Shown here in pieces: positions 49,423 through 59,269 of a stretch of 64,000 bases of DNA. The position numbers and the translations under genes are program-made. Numbering within the stretch: position 1 is the first letter of the stretch; every line of letters begins with the position of its first letter. The stretch spans positions 453 through 64,452 of the forward strand of contig PHBI01000006.1 of NCBI GenBank assembly GCA_002841945.1. The letters are read 5' to 3'. The notes below the pieces were generated by a model that saw only the letters and a program-made list of their open reading frames with translations, searched no databases and was not told where the DNA came from. This DNA comes from Deltaproteobacteria bacterium HGW-Deltaproteobacteria-14 (GTDB lineage: Bacteria > Myxococcota_A > UBA9042 > PHBI01).

Positions 49423-49806
49423 TCAGCTGGCGCTGCGAATGGCGATCCGCCGCGGCTTCGCGCGCTCGTGGCGCGGCAGGTGGAGCTGCAGCACGCCGCT
49501 CTTGAGCTCGGCGCTGATCTTGTCGGCGTCGATCGCGTCCGGGACGGTGAAGACGCGCTTGAAGTCGAACGCGCGCCCGCCGCCCATCAGGACCGGGGTG
49601 TCCTCGGTGCACAGCGCCTTGCGGCGACCGACGATGGTCAGGCGGTCCTCCTCGAGGTCCACCGACAGGCTGTCGGTGGTGACGCCGGGGAGGTCGGCGA
49701 CGATGAGGAGCTCCTCCTGGTTCTCGTAGACGTCCACCGCGGGGCTCACGACCGGGCGGTCGGCGACCGGCTCCGTGCCGGTCGGGCTGGTGATCTCGTT
49801 GCTCAT
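49423..49806 (-). CDS. Hsp20/alpha-crystallin small heat-shock protein
   Basis: PAVDVYE, ADLPGV, F.R.F..PD.ID..KI.A....GVL...LP, PRRI.I. Confidence 0.93.
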   Translation of the reverse strand: MSNEITSPTGTEPVADRPVVSPAVDVYENQEELLIVADLPGVTTDSLSVDLEEDRLTIVGRRKALCTEDTPVLMGGGRAFDFKRVFTVPDAIDADKISAELKSGVLQLHLPRHERAKPRRIAIRSAS

Positions 49807-49840
49807 GGTGTCTCTCCTATCACTCCGGCAGGGTGCCGAC

Positions 49841-50266
49841 TCAGGCGATGGTGATGCGGCGCGGCTGCGCCTCGGGCAGCTTGACGAGGCTCACGACGAG
49901 CACGCCCTCCTCGAGGGTGGCCCGGGTCTGCTCGCTGTCGATCTTCGCCGGGAGGGTGAAGCTCTTCTTCCACTCGAAGCCCGTGCGCTCGCTGCGGTGG
50001 GTCGCGTAGCCCTCCGGCGCGGCGACGGTGCGGTGCGCTGTGACGGTGAGCGTGCTGTTGTGCACGTCGATGGTCAGGTCGTCGTCGGTCAGGCCGGGCA
50101 CGTCGACCGCGAAGACGAAGCGCTCGCCCTCGTCGACCAGCGTCGCCTCGGGCCAGCGGCCGAGGTTGCGCGAGCGACCGGCGCGGGAGGTGCTCCGCTC
50201 CATCTCCCGACGCAGGGTGTCGATGGCGGCGAAGTGCCGATCGAAGTCATTCCAGGTCATCCACAT
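49841..50266 (-). CDS. Hsp20/alpha-crystallin small heat-shock protein
   Basis: DVPGL, ER, KSFTLP..ID, A.LE.GVL, PEAQPRRITI. Confidence 0.92.
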   Translation of the reverse strand: MWMTWNDFDRHFAAIDTLRREMERSTSRAGRSRNLGRWPEATLVDEGERFVFAVDVPGLTDDDLTIDVHNSTLTVTAHRTVAAPEGYATHRSERTGFEWKKSFTLPAKIDSEQTRATLEEGVLVVSLVKLPEAQPRRITIA

Positions 50267-50427
50267 GACAGCTCTCCTTGCTTGCTCGGTGTCCTGGGCG
50301 TGCCCCTGGCATCAGGCGGACCTCGGCACCCGGGCCGTGCGCTCGACGCTCGGACATCGCCCGCGCCGGGCCGCCGAAAACAGCTTGAGTTTCGACGGGT
50401 TCCGGTCGCCTATCGTGTCGCGAGCCG

Positions 50428-50455
50428 AAAATATTCACGCGCCCCGGGCGGTCAA
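50428..50455 (-). promoter_or_regulatory. Possible sigma70-type promoter for the hsp20 pair
   Basis: TTGACC-16 nt-TATTTT on the minus strand, about 160 nt upstream of the first hsp20 start. Confidence 0.45.
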
Positions 50456-50465
50456 CACCCCAATC

Positions 50466-52076
50466 TCACGTCGCGGCTTCGATCTCTCGTGCGGCCTGCT
50501 CCCCCTCGGGGGTGCCGGCGAAGATGAAGCGACGGACGCGGGGATCCTGTGCCTCGAGGAGGCGCGCCGGGGTGTCCGCGGCGAGGATCTGCCCGTGGTC
50601 GAGCATGGCGATCTGGTCGGCGACCCTGAAGGCGGACGGCATGTCGTGGCTGACGACCAGGGAGGTGATGTCGAAGAGCTCCTGCGCCTCGACGATCATG
50701 TCGTCGAGGTAGCGCGCGAGCACGGGATCCTGGCCGGTCGTGGGCTCGTCGTAGATGATCAGCTGGGGGAGCGGGACCATGGCGCGGGCGAGGCCGACGC
50801 GCTTCTTCTGCCCGCTCGACAGGGTCGACGGCATCCGCTCGGCGAGGTCGGTCAGGCGCAGCTTCTCGAGCATCTCGTCGGTGCGGGCGCGCACCTCCGC
50901 CGCGCGCACCCCACGCTCCCGCAGCGGAAAGGCGATGTTCTCACGGACGGTCAGCGCGTCGAGCAGCGCCGCCCCCTGAAACACCATGCCGTAGCGCTCG
51001 CGGAGCTTGAGCAGCTCGCCCTCGCTGAGGGCCGCCAGATCGAGGCCGAAGACGCTGATGGTGCCGGCGTCGGGGCGCATCAACCCGATGATGTGCTTCA
51101 TGATCACGGACTTGCCGCTGCCAGACCCGCCGATGAGCACGGTGACGCGGTCACGGGGGACGACGAGGTCGACGCCCTTGAGGACATGCTGCGGGCCGAA
51201 GTGCTTGTGAACCCCGCGCAGCTCGGCGAGCGCCTCCTCTCCCGGCGCGAGGCGCCACACGCGGCCGGGCGCGGACGACGCGGCGGTGGTTGAGACGTCG
51301 GGCGCGTCATCGTCGTCGGGGCCCTTGTCGAGGCGCCCGACCCCGGAGAAGAAGACCTTCACGAGGTCGCGTTCCGACGCGATGACCTCGTCCACCGTGC
51401 CGACGACCGAGATCCTGCCTCCCTCGAGCATCGCCAGGCGGTCGGCCAGGTTCACCGTCGAGGTCATGTCGTGGCTGATGATGACGCTCGTGATGCCGAA
51501 GCGCTCCCGCGTCTGCCGGATCATCTTGTCGACGAACTCGATCATGACCGGGTCGAGCCCGGTGGTCGGCTCGTCGAACAGCACCACCTCGGGGTTGGTG
51601 ATGACCGCGCGCGCCAGGCTGACGCGCTTCTTCATGCCACCCGAGAGCTGGCTCGGCAGCTTGTCCCGCGCCGGATCGAGCTCGAGCAGCGACAGCTGCT
51701 CGCGCACCAGCGGCACGACCTCCCCCCACCGCATCCGGGTGTTCTCGTAGAGCGGGAAGGCGACGTTCTCCATCACCGTCAGCGAGTCGAGCAGCGCGTA
51801 GCTCTGAAACATCATGGTGACGCGCTTGCGGAGCGCCAGCAGGCGGTCGGGACCGACCTCGCGGGTGTCCTCGCCGAACAAGAGCACCTGCCCCTCGTCG
51901 GGCAACATGAGCCCGTTCATGAGCTTGAGCAGCACCGACTTGCCGGTCCCCGACTCCCCGGCGATGACCGTCGTCAGCCCCGTCGGGATGTCGAGGTCGA
52001 GGCCCTCGAGCACCGTGCGGTCGCCAAAACGCTTGGAGACGCCACGCAGCCGGATGACCGGGAGCTCGGCGTCCAC
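50466..52076 (-). CDS. Tandem (double) MlaF/Mkl-like ABC ATPase
   Basis: Two complete NBDs: GESGTGKS/LSGGMKKR/FDEPTTGLDP/SHD and GGSGSGKS/LSSGQKKR/YDEPTTGQDP/SHD; start estimated. Confidence 0.88.
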   Translation of the reverse strand: MDAELPVIRLRGVSKRFGDRTVLEGLDLDIPTGLTTVIAGESGTGKSVLLKLMNGLMLPDEGQVLLFGEDTREVGPDRLLALRKRVTMMFQSYALLDSLTVMENVAFPLYENTRMRWGEVVPLVREQLSLLELDPARDKLPSQLSGGMKKRVSLARAVITNPEVVLFDEPTTGLDPVMIEFVDKMIRQTRERFGITSVIISHDMTSTVNLADRLAMLEGGRISVVGTVDEVIASERDLVKVFFSGVGRLDKGPDDDDAPDVSTTAASSAPGRVWRLAPGEEALAELRGVHKHFGPQHVLKGVDLVVPRDRVTVLIGGSGSGKSVIMKHIIGLMRPDAGTISVFGLDLAALSEGELLKLRERYGMVFQGAALLDALTVRENIAFPLRERGVRAAEVRARTDEMLEKLRLTDLAERMPSTLSSGQKKRVGLARAMVPLPQLIIYDEPTTGQDPVLARYLDDMIVEAQELFDITSLVVSHDMPSAFRVADQIAMLDHGQILAADTPARLLEAQDPRVRRFIFAGTPEGEQAAREIEAAT

Positions 52077-52301
52077 CGGCCACCGCCGCACCTCCGGCAG
52101 CAGCAGGTTGACCCGCTCCCGCGTCGCCGCCCGCGCCCCGTCGCTTGGTCCCCTGATGTCGCCCATGCGCCGGCGAGGTTTGCCCATCCAGCCCGGCGGG
52201 TGCAAGGTTTCTCGGCGTCGGCGGCCACCCACCGCGCCGAGAGTTTCCCGCGTCACGCCTGGTGCTTATCGCTCACCCACCACACGCCCGAGGAGCCCCC
52301 C

Positions 52302-52937
52302 ATGGCCAAGGCTCACGCCCAGCCCGCCGCCGCCCAGACCCGCAAAGAGCAGCTCATACAGGCCCTCATCATCCTCGGCGTCGCCGTCGCGGCGATGTGG
52401 GGCCTCGAGCTCATCGACTGGGCCACCGGGCATGCGCTCGATCGCTCGCTCGGCATCCGCCCTCGCGACCCCGCCGGGCTCATCGGGCTCGTCGGCGCGC
52501 CGTTCATGCACGGCGACGTCGCCCACCTCACCGCCAACACCATCCCCTTCGTCGTCTTGGGCCTCTTCGTGATGCTGCGCGGCGTCCCGACCTTCTTCAA
52601 GACCACCGCGTTCATCGCCCTCGTGGGCGGCCTGCTCGTCTGGATCGCCGCGCGCGACGCCAACCACATCGGCGCCAGCGGCGTCATCTTCGGCTACTTC
52701 GGCTACCTGCTCGGGGTCGGCTTCTTCGAGCGCAGCTTCAAATCCATCCTCGTCGCCGGGCTCGTGGCCTTCCTCTACGGCGGCATCATCTTCGGCGTGC
52801 TCCCGAACGACCCGCGGATCTCCTGGGAGGGTCACCTCTTCGGCTTCATCGCCGGCGGGGGCTGGGCCTACCTCAGCGTCGGACGCGAGCGCCTCGCCGA
52901 CAAGCGGGCCAAGGGCCAGACCCCGACCCGGGTTTGA
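52302..52937 (+). CDS. Rhomboid-family intramembrane serine protease
   Basis: PFMHG..AHL..N, HIGASG (catalytic Ser), SWEGHLFG (catalytic His); ATG after GAGGAG. Confidence 0.92.
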   Translation: MAKAHAQPAAAQTRKEQLIQALIILGVAVAAMWGLELIDWATGHALDRSLGIRPRDPAGLIGLVGAPFMHGDVAHLTANTIPFVVLGLFVMLRGVPTFFKTTAFIALVGGLLVWIAARDANHIGASGVIFGYFGYLLGVGFFERSFKSILVAGLVAFLYGGIIFGVLPNDPRISWEGHLFGFIAGGGWAYLSVGRERLADKRAKGQTPTRV

Positions 52938-52971
52938 CGCAGTGCAGCACCGGCGCCACAGCGGCGATAAA

Positions 52972-54060
52972 TCAGGCCGCCTCGGCCTCGCCATCGCCGC
53001 TGGACACACCGATGCTGCGACGCACATCCAAGACGCCAAGGGCCGCGCAGACCGCCTCGAGGTGGTCGAGCATGTCGCCCGGGTCCTTCATCTTGAGGCA
53101 CGTGACCCGGGTGTCGGGGGCGTAGTGGAAGCCCTTGAGCAGCCGGCTCAGCATCATCCTCATGCGCCCCGGCGCCACCTTCGGCGGGTACAGCGCGTCG
53201 AGCATACCGCGGTAGGCGCGCAAGACGGCGATGGTGTCGCGCCAGGTCGGCGCGAAGGGCTCGCGCCCGGCGACCTCGTCGGCGATCTGCCGGAAGATCC
53301 ACGGGTTGTTGATGGCCCCGCGGCCGATCATCACGCCGTCGCAGCCGGTTGTGACGAAGCGGTCGAGCGCGTCGCTCGCCGTCAGCACGTCCCCCGAGCC
53401 GAGCACCGGGATGCGCGCCGCGGCCTTCATGGCGCGAACGACCTCCCAGTCGGCCACGCCACGGTAGAGCTGCATGCGCGTGCGCCCGTGAACCGCGATG
53501 GCCTGCGCGCCATGCTCCTCGGCGACCCTCAGGGTGTCGAGGGCGTTGACGGTGTTCTCGCACCAGCCGTTACGGATCTTGATCGTCACCGGGATCTTCA
53601 CCGCGGCGACGGTGGCGTCGAGGATGCGCGCGATCTGCGGCAGATCGCGCAAGAGCCCCGCCCCACCGCCGCGCCGGACGATCTTCGGGGCCGGGCAGCC
53701 GCAGTTGATGTCGAGCAGATCGACACCGGCGCCCTCGACCACGCGCGCGGCCTCGGCCATGCGCTCGGGGTCCGAGCCGTAGAGCTGCACCGCGACCGGG
53801 CGCTCGGACTCGGCGAAGCTCATGCGGACGGCCATCCGGAGCTGGCGCTGGGTCAGCAGCTCGATCGAGATGAACTCGCTCACCACGAGGCCGACGGCGT
53901 CGCCGCTGGCGAGCTTGACGAGGCGCCGGAACGGCGAGTCGGTGACGCCGCTCATGGGCGCGAGCACGAGCCCCGGCGCGACGTCGACGGGGCCGATCGA
54001 GAAGCCGGGGAGGCGCGCCGGGGTGCTGGCCGCGGCCTGCTGGATGGGGGACGCTGACAT
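52972..54060 (-). CDS. dusB: tRNA-dihydrouridine synthase (DusB-like)
   Basis: LAPMSGVTD.PFR, DINCGCP, PVTIKIR, VHGRT...Y.G.ADW, GVMIGRG. Confidence 0.9.
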   Translation of the reverse strand: MSASPIQQAAASTPARLPGFSIGPVDVAPGLVLAPMSGVTDSPFRRLVKLASGDAVGLVVSEFISIELLTQRQLRMAVRMSFAESERPVAVQLYGSDPERMAEAARVVEGAGVDLLDINCGCPAPKIVRRGGGAGLLRDLPQIARILDATVAAVKIPVTIKIRNGWCENTVNALDTLRVAEEHGAQAIAVHGRTRMQLYRGVADWEVVRAMKAAARIPVLGSGDVLTASDALDRFVTTGCDGVMIGRGAINNPWIFRQIADEVAGREPFAPTWRDTIAVLRAYRGMLDALYPPKVAPGRMRMMLSRLLKGFHYAPDTRVTCLKMKDPGDMLDHLEAVCAALGVLDVRRSIGVSSGDGEAEAA

Positions 54061-54160
54061 GGGCGGAGCGATACCGGCGGAGGCCGCGGCGGTCAAGGAT
54101 GGTGCGCGTAAGCTCGGTGGGGCGCCGCCCCGGGCCGCGTGGTCCCACATCACGCGGCTC

Positions 54161-55864
54161 GTGAGCCTCTTGCGCCCGTACCGGGCGCGCTGGACCCTCG
54201 CGACGATCGCGCTGGTCCTCGGCGGGGCGGTCAACCTGGGGCTGCCCCAGACGGCGCGGGTGGCGATCGACGACGCGGTGCGGAACAAAGATCTCGCGAT
54301 GCTCGACCTCATCGCCGCGCTGGCGCTGGGCGGCTTCGTGATCCTCGGCGGGCTGACGATGCTGCGCCACTACCTCATGAGCTGGCTCGGCAACCGGGTC
54401 GTCGCCGACCTGCGCGACCACAGCTTCCGCCACCTCCTGCGCTTTCCACCGGGGTACTTCCACGAGCGCATGACCGGCGAGCTCGTGAGCCGCCTCACCA
54501 CCGACATCGAGGCGCTGCAGAGCTCGGTCGGCTCGGAGTTCTCGCTGGCGCTGCGCTCGATCCTGATGGTGGTCGGCGGGCTCGTCATCCTGGTGTTCAC
54601 GAGCCCGACCCTGACCGGCGTGATGATCCTCGTGGTGCCCCCGCTGTCCTTGCTCGCCGTGGCCTTCGGCCGGGTGATCCGGCGACGCTCGCGGGAGATC
54701 CAGGATCTGGTGGCGGAGGCCAACGGCGGGCTCAAGGAGAGCCTCGCCGGCATCGAGACGGTCCAGACCTTCAACGCCGAGGCGATCGAGGCCGAGCGCT
54801 ACAAGGGGCGCGTCTTCGCCGCGTTCCGCACCTCGCTGCGCGTGGCGCTGTTCCGCGGCGGCTTCATGGGGGCGGTGCAGGTGGGCGCCTTCGGCGCGAT
54901 GACCCTCATCATCTGGCTCGGCGCCAAGGGGGTCGTCGCCGGGGAGACCACCCCCGGCGAGGTCGTGGTCTTCCTCGGCTACACGCTGATGGTGGCCTCG
55001 TCGCTGGCGACCCTGGCCGAGATCTGGGGCAACCTGCAGCGCGCCGTGGGGGCGAGCGAGCGCATCTTCGAGCTGCTCGACGAGACGCCACAGATCCGCG
55101 ACGCCGAGGGCGCGCGCCCGCTCGTGGCGCCGCGCGGGGCGCTCGCCTTCGAGCAGGTCCGCTTCACCTACCCCACCCGCCCCGACGTGCAGGTCCTCGA
55201 CGACGTGAGCTTCCGCGCCGCGCCCGGCGAGACGATCGCGCTGGTCGGCCGCTCCGGCGCCGGCAAGTCGACCATCGCGGCGCTGGTGCAGCGCTTCTGG
55301 GACCCGTCGGACGGGGTCGTCCGCGTCGACGGCCACGACCTGCGCGAGCTGCAGCTCGAGAGCCTGCGCGACGCCATCGCCACGGTCGCTCAGGACCCGG
55401 TGCTGTTCTCGGGCTCGATCCGCGACAACATCGCGTACGGCCGCCCCGACGCCCCCCTCGAGGCCATCATCGCCGCCGCCCGCGACGCCAAGATCGCCGA
55501 CTTCGTCGAGAGCCTGCCCGACGGCTGGGAGACCCGGGTCGGCGAGCGCGGGGTGAAGCTCTCGGGCGGGCAACGACAGCGGGTGGCCATCGCCCGCGCC
55601 ATCCTGGCCGATCCCCGGGTGCTCATCCTCGACGAGGCCACCAGCCACCTCGACAGCGAGAACGAGGCCCTCGTCCACGCCGCGCTCGAGCGGCTGATGG
55701 AGGGGCGCACCACGCTCATCATCGCGCACCGCCTCAGCACCGTGCAGAAGGCCAACCGGATCCTCGTCATCGACGGCGGTCGGATCGTCGAGGCGGGCAC
55801 CCACGAGGAGCTCATGGCGGGCGGCGCGCTCTATGAGAAGCTGGCCGCCCAGCAGCTGGGCTAG
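54161..55864 (+). CDS. ABC exporter, fused TMD-NBD (MsbA-like)
   Basis: Six-TM domain, GELVSRLTTD, GRSGAGKST, VGERGVKLSGGQRQR, LDEATS, IAHRLST; start uncertain (ATG 54059 or GTG 54161). Confidence 0.92.
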   Translation: MSLLRPYRARWTLATIALVLGGAVNLGLPQTARVAIDDAVRNKDLAMLDLIAALALGGFVILGGLTMLRHYLMSWLGNRVVADLRDHSFRHLLRFPPGYFHERMTGELVSRLTTDIEALQSSVGSEFSLALRSILMVVGGLVILVFTSPTLTGVMILVVPPLSLLAVAFGRVIRRRSREIQDLVAEANGGLKESLAGIETVQTFNAEAIEAERYKGRVFAAFRTSLRVALFRGGFMGAVQVGAFGAMTLIIWLGAKGVVAGETTPGEVVVFLGYTLMVASSLATLAEIWGNLQRAVGASERIFELLDETPQIRDAEGARPLVAPRGALAFEQVRFTYPTRPDVQVLDDVSFRAAPGETIALVGRSGAGKSTIAALVQRFWDPSDGVVRVDGHDLRELQLESLRDAIATVAQDPVLFSGSIRDNIAYGRPDAPLEAIIAAARDAKIADFVESLPDGWETRVGERGVKLSGGQRQRVAIARAILADPRVLILDEATSHLDSENEALVHAALERLMEGRTTLIIAHRLSTVQKANRILVIDGGRIVEAGTHEELMAGGALYEKLAAQQLG

Positions 55865-55908
55865 GATCGTGCAACGCACAATCCCAATTCTACTTTAGAG
55901 CCAAGCCA

Positions 55909-56802
55909 CTACGATCCGATATGCCGCGGCGCACCAGCGACCCACCCGGCGACGTAGGGGGTCGCGAGATCCCGGCCGGTGGCGGCCTCGATGCCCTCGA
56001 GGCTCGGGCTGGCGTTGACCTCGAGGACGACCCAGCCGGTCGGGGTCTCGAGCAGGTCGACCCCGCAGCAGGCGAGCTCGCTCGCGGCCGCGGCGCGCGC
56101 CGCCAGGTCGCGCGTCTCCGAGGTGAGCTCGGCGGCCACCGGGCGCCCGCCGCGGTGGACGTTGGCCCGGAACTCCCCCGGCGCGGCGTGACGCCAGGCG
56201 GCGGCGGTGGGCTCGCCGCCGAGGACGAGGACGCGCAGATCCCGCACCGGGTCGAGGGCGACGTAGGGCTGGACCAGGGCGGTGTGCCCGGCGCCGACCC
56301 AGGCCTCGAGCGCGCTCCGGGCGCAGTCGAAGCCGCGCACCAGGACGACGCCGTCGCCCCCGCTGCCGCGGCGCCGCTTGAGCACCCAGGCGTCCCCGCC
56401 GAGGGTCGACAGCGCCTGCTCGACGTGGCCCGGCTCGCGGATGGCCACCGTCGGCAGGATCGGGAGGCCGGCCGCGAGCAGCCGCTCGCTCGTCGCGAGC
56501 TTGTCCCCGGCGCGGGCGATGGCCTCGGGGGTGACGGCGCTGTAGGCGCCGGCGGCGATCCAGGCGCCGAGGAGCGAGCCGCTCCAGCGCGCGAGGCGCA
56601 CGCCGATGCGCGGGATCACCACCTCGGGGACGCGGACGACCGCGCCGCCCGCGATGAGGCGCGGGCCGCTCGGCGACAGCGCGATCGCGACCGACACCGG
56701 GTCGACCGAGGCCATCTGGTGCCCCAGCGCCGCGCCGGCGGCGAGGAGCCGCCGGGTGGTGTAGAAGCGCTCGGAGTGGGACAGGATCGTGACGCGTGCC
56801 AT
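55909..56802 (-). CDS. RimK-family ATP-grasp alpha-L-glutamate ligase-like protein
   Basis: VIPRIG, DKL, GSGGDGV, DLRVLV, EFRANVHRGG, GVDL, EVNASP.LEGIE. Confidence 0.88.
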   Translation of the reverse strand: MARVTILSHSERFYTTRRLLAAGAALGHQMASVDPVSVAIALSPSGPRLIAGGAVVRVPEVVIPRIGVRLARWSGSLLGAWIAAGAYSAVTPEAIARAGDKLATSERLLAAGLPILPTVAIREPGHVEQALSTLGGDAWVLKRRRGSGGDGVVLVRGFDCARSALEAWVGAGHTALVQPYVALDPVRDLRVLVLGGEPTAAAWRHAAPGEFRANVHRGGRPVAAELTSETRDLAARAAAASELACCGVDLLETPTGWVVLEVNASPSLEGIEAATGRDLATPYVAGWVAGAPRHIGS

Positions 56803-56870
56803 CGCACGGAGCGTGTCACAGCCCTCGCGGGCGCTCCATCAGAACTCGCCTCACCAGACCTCGGCGGGAC

Positions 56871-58172
56871 TCAGAGCCCGTCGCGCAGCCGGAGCAGCTC
56901 CTCGCGGGCGGCGCGGGCGTCGGTGCGCTCGCGGGCCAGCATCGCGGCGACCACCAGCGGGACCTCCTCGGGCCGGGCGCCAGCCTCCGCCGCGACGGTG
57001 CGGGCGTGCAGGCGCATGTGCCCGCGCTGGATGCCCTCGCTCGCCAGCGCCCGGGTCGCGGCCAGGTTCTGGGCCAGGCCCACCGACGCGACCACCTCCG
57101 CGAAGCGCGCGGCCTCACGGACGCCCAGGATCTTGAAGTTCGCGCGCACCGCGGGGTGGATCGAGGTGATGCCGCCGACCGTCCCGAGGGCGAGCGGGAT
57201 GTCCATCCGCCCCACCATGTAGCCGTCCTCGACCCGCCACTTCGCGAGCGCCGTGTAGCGCCCGTCGTAGGCGGCGAACGCGTGGGCGGCGGCCTCGACC
57301 GCGCGGAAGTCCTGGCCGGTCGCCAGGAGCACCGCGTCGATGCCGTTCATGATGCCCTTGTTGGCCGTGACCGCGCGGTACGGATCGGCCTCGGCGAAGC
57401 GGCTCGCCTCCTCGATGCGCTCGGCCTCGTCGAACGGCATCGTCGAGGTCCCCGCGGTCTCCCCGAGGCGCACCCGACCCTCGACCATGACCCGCCGGTG
57501 GATCGGCAGGTTCGAGAGGATGCGCAGCCCCACGCGGGATCCGGTCCACTCGGACAGCAGGGTGCCGGCCTCCTCGGCCATGGAGTTGACCGCGTTGGCG
57601 CCCATCGCGTCGCGCACGTCCACGTGGATGTGGACGACCGCGAGGGGGCGCCCGTCGGGGTCGACGAGGCGCCGCACGCGCGCGCCGCGGAAGCCGCCGC
57701 CGGCCGCGATGAGGCGCGGGTGGTTCTTGTCGAGGCACTGGCGAAGCTCGCCGAGGTGCCGCTCGACGACGTCCTCGAGCACCCCCTCGGGCGGCGGGTC
57801 GGGGAAGTGGATCTGGCCGATCATGATCGGTTCGGTCGAGACCGCCACGATCCCGTCGACGTCGCGCAAGAGGCGCGCGGCGAAGGACGCCGCCGCGACC
57901 ACCGAGGGCTCCTCGATGACCATCGGCACGACGTAGTCGAGGCCGTTGACGCGGAAGTTGGTCGCGAAGGCGATCGGCAGGCTGAAGCGGCCGACGACGT
58001 TCTCGCTCATGTTGGCGGCGACCGCCTGGGGGAGGCCGTCGGGGCTCGAGAGCGCGTCCAGATCCGAGGCCTCGAGGCCAGCGAACGCCGCGACGGCGCG
58101 GATGCGCTCGTCGGCGCTGAGGCGAAAGAAGCCCGGCAGGCGGCTCGAGCGGGTGTGAAACATCGTCGTCAT
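56871..58172 (-). CDS. mvaA: Class II HMG-CoA reductase
   Basis: ENVVG, PMVIEEPSVVAA, DAMGAN, NKGIMNG, GTVGG, GLAQN, GIQRGHM.LH; ATGA-coupled to fni. Confidence 0.93.
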   Translation of the reverse strand: MTTMFHTRSSRLPGFFRLSADERIRAVAAFAGLEASDLDALSSPDGLPQAVAANMSENVVGRFSLPIAFATNFRVNGLDYVVPMVIEEPSVVAAASFAARLLRDVDGIVAVSTEPIMIGQIHFPDPPPEGVLEDVVERHLGELRQCLDKNHPRLIAAGGGFRGARVRRLVDPDGRPLAVVHIHVDVRDAMGANAVNSMAEEAGTLLSEWTGSRVGLRILSNLPIHRRVMVEGRVRLGETAGTSTMPFDEAERIEEASRFAEADPYRAVTANKGIMNGIDAVLLATGQDFRAVEAAAHAFAAYDGRYTALAKWRVEDGYMVGRMDIPLALGTVGGITSIHPAVRANFKILGVREAARFAEVVASVGLAQNLAATRALASEGIQRGHMRLHARTVAAEAGARPEEVPLVVAAMLARERTDARAAREELLRLRDGL

Positions 58173-59269
58173 CGCGGATCCCCTTCCAACACGTGCGGGT
58201 CGTCGACCCGTCCCTCGTAGACCTCCGGGCGCGCCCGGCGGTCGATGCGTACCCTGGTGCGCCGGAGCGCCTCGACGTCGCGCGCGCCGACCAGGAACAT
58301 GGCGGTCACCAGCGCGCGGCGGAACGCCTCGAGCTCGGCGACGACGGCGTCGACCGAGCGGGCGGCGGCGCGCAGGAGCGGCAGCGCCATCGCGGTCAGC
58401 GAGGCGCCAGCGGCGATCGCGCGCGCGGCGTCGAGCCCCGTGCGCAGGCCCCCCGACGCGATGATCGGGACGCCGCCGCCGTGCTCGACGCAGGCGAGCA
58501 GGCTCGTCACCGAGGGGATCCCCCAGTCGGCGAACAGCGCCCCGAGCTGGCGGCCGTCGGCGGAGGTCGCCCGGCGCCCCTCGATGAGCGTCCACGAGGT
58601 GCCGCCCTTGCCGGCGCTCTCGATGAAGGCGAGCGGCAGCCGCGCGAGGCGGCGAACCGCGTCGATCGAGAAGCCCGCCCCGACCTCCTTGACACCGCAC
58701 GGCAGGCCGACGGTGGCGACCGCCTCGGCGAGGCGCTCGCCGAGCCCGGCGAAGCGCGTGTCTCCCCCGGCCTGAACGGCCTCCTGGGCGGCGTTGAGGT
58801 GAAAGACGACGGCGTCGGCGCCCACCCGGTCGGCGACGCTGCGGACGTCGGCCGGGGTGACCCCGAGGTTGAGCTGCACCGCGCCGATGTTGGCGACGAG
58901 CGGGATCTCCGGCGCGACGTCGCGGATCGCGAAGGTCGCCACGGTGTCCGGTCGCTCGAGCATGACCCGCTGCGAGCCGAGAAACATCCCGACGCCGCAG
59001 CGCGCGGCGGCCTCGGCCAGGCGGCGGTTGATGACGCCGGCCTCCGCCGTGCCGCCGGTCATGCTGCCGATCATCAGCGGGAACGCGAGGCGCTTGCCGA
59101 ACAGCGTGACGCTCGGGTCGATCGCCTCGAGGTCGAGCTCCGGGAGGGCCTGGTAGACGAGGCGGATGGCGTCGAACGTGCCGCCGGCGCCCACCGGGAC
59201 CTCGACGTCCTCCTCGATGGCGACACGCAGGTGTTCGGCCTTCCGCTCAGTGATCCCGTCGCCTTGCAT
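58169..59269 (-). CDS. fni: Type 2 (FMN-dependent) isopentenyl-diphosphate isomerase
   Basis: RKAEHL, SMTGG, GSQR, NIGAVQ, HLN..QE, VKEVG.G, GGTSW, WGIP, ASGGLR. Confidence 0.95.
   Translation of the reverse strand: MQGDGITERKAEHLRVAIEEDVEVPVGAGGTFDAIRLVYQALPELDLEAIDPSVTLFGKRLAFPLMIGSMTGGTAEAGVINRRLAEAAARCGVGMFLGSQRVMLERPDTVATFAIRDVAPEIPLVANIGAVQLNLGVTPADVRSVADRVGADAVVFHLNAAQEAVQAGGDTRFAGLGERLAEAVATVGLPCGVKEVGAGFSIDAVRRLARLPLAFIESAGKGGTSWTLIEGRRATSADGRQLGALFADWGIPSVTSLLACVEHGGGVPIIASGGLRTGLDAARAIAAGASLTAMALPLLRAAARSVDAVVAELEAFRRALVTAMFLVGARDVEALRRTRVRIDRRARPEVYEGRVDDPHVLEGDPR

Noticed and set aside
50384-50404. HspR HAIR or CIRCE operator before the hsp20 genes
   Set aside because: Only one half-site (CTTGAGT) with no matching inverted half; no TTAGCACTC-N9-GAGTGCTAA
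52302-52937. Rhomboid as the sortase for the MYXO-CTERM protein
   Set aside because: No linkage evidence; rhombosortases act on GlyGly-CTERM tails and this looks like an ordinary rhomboid
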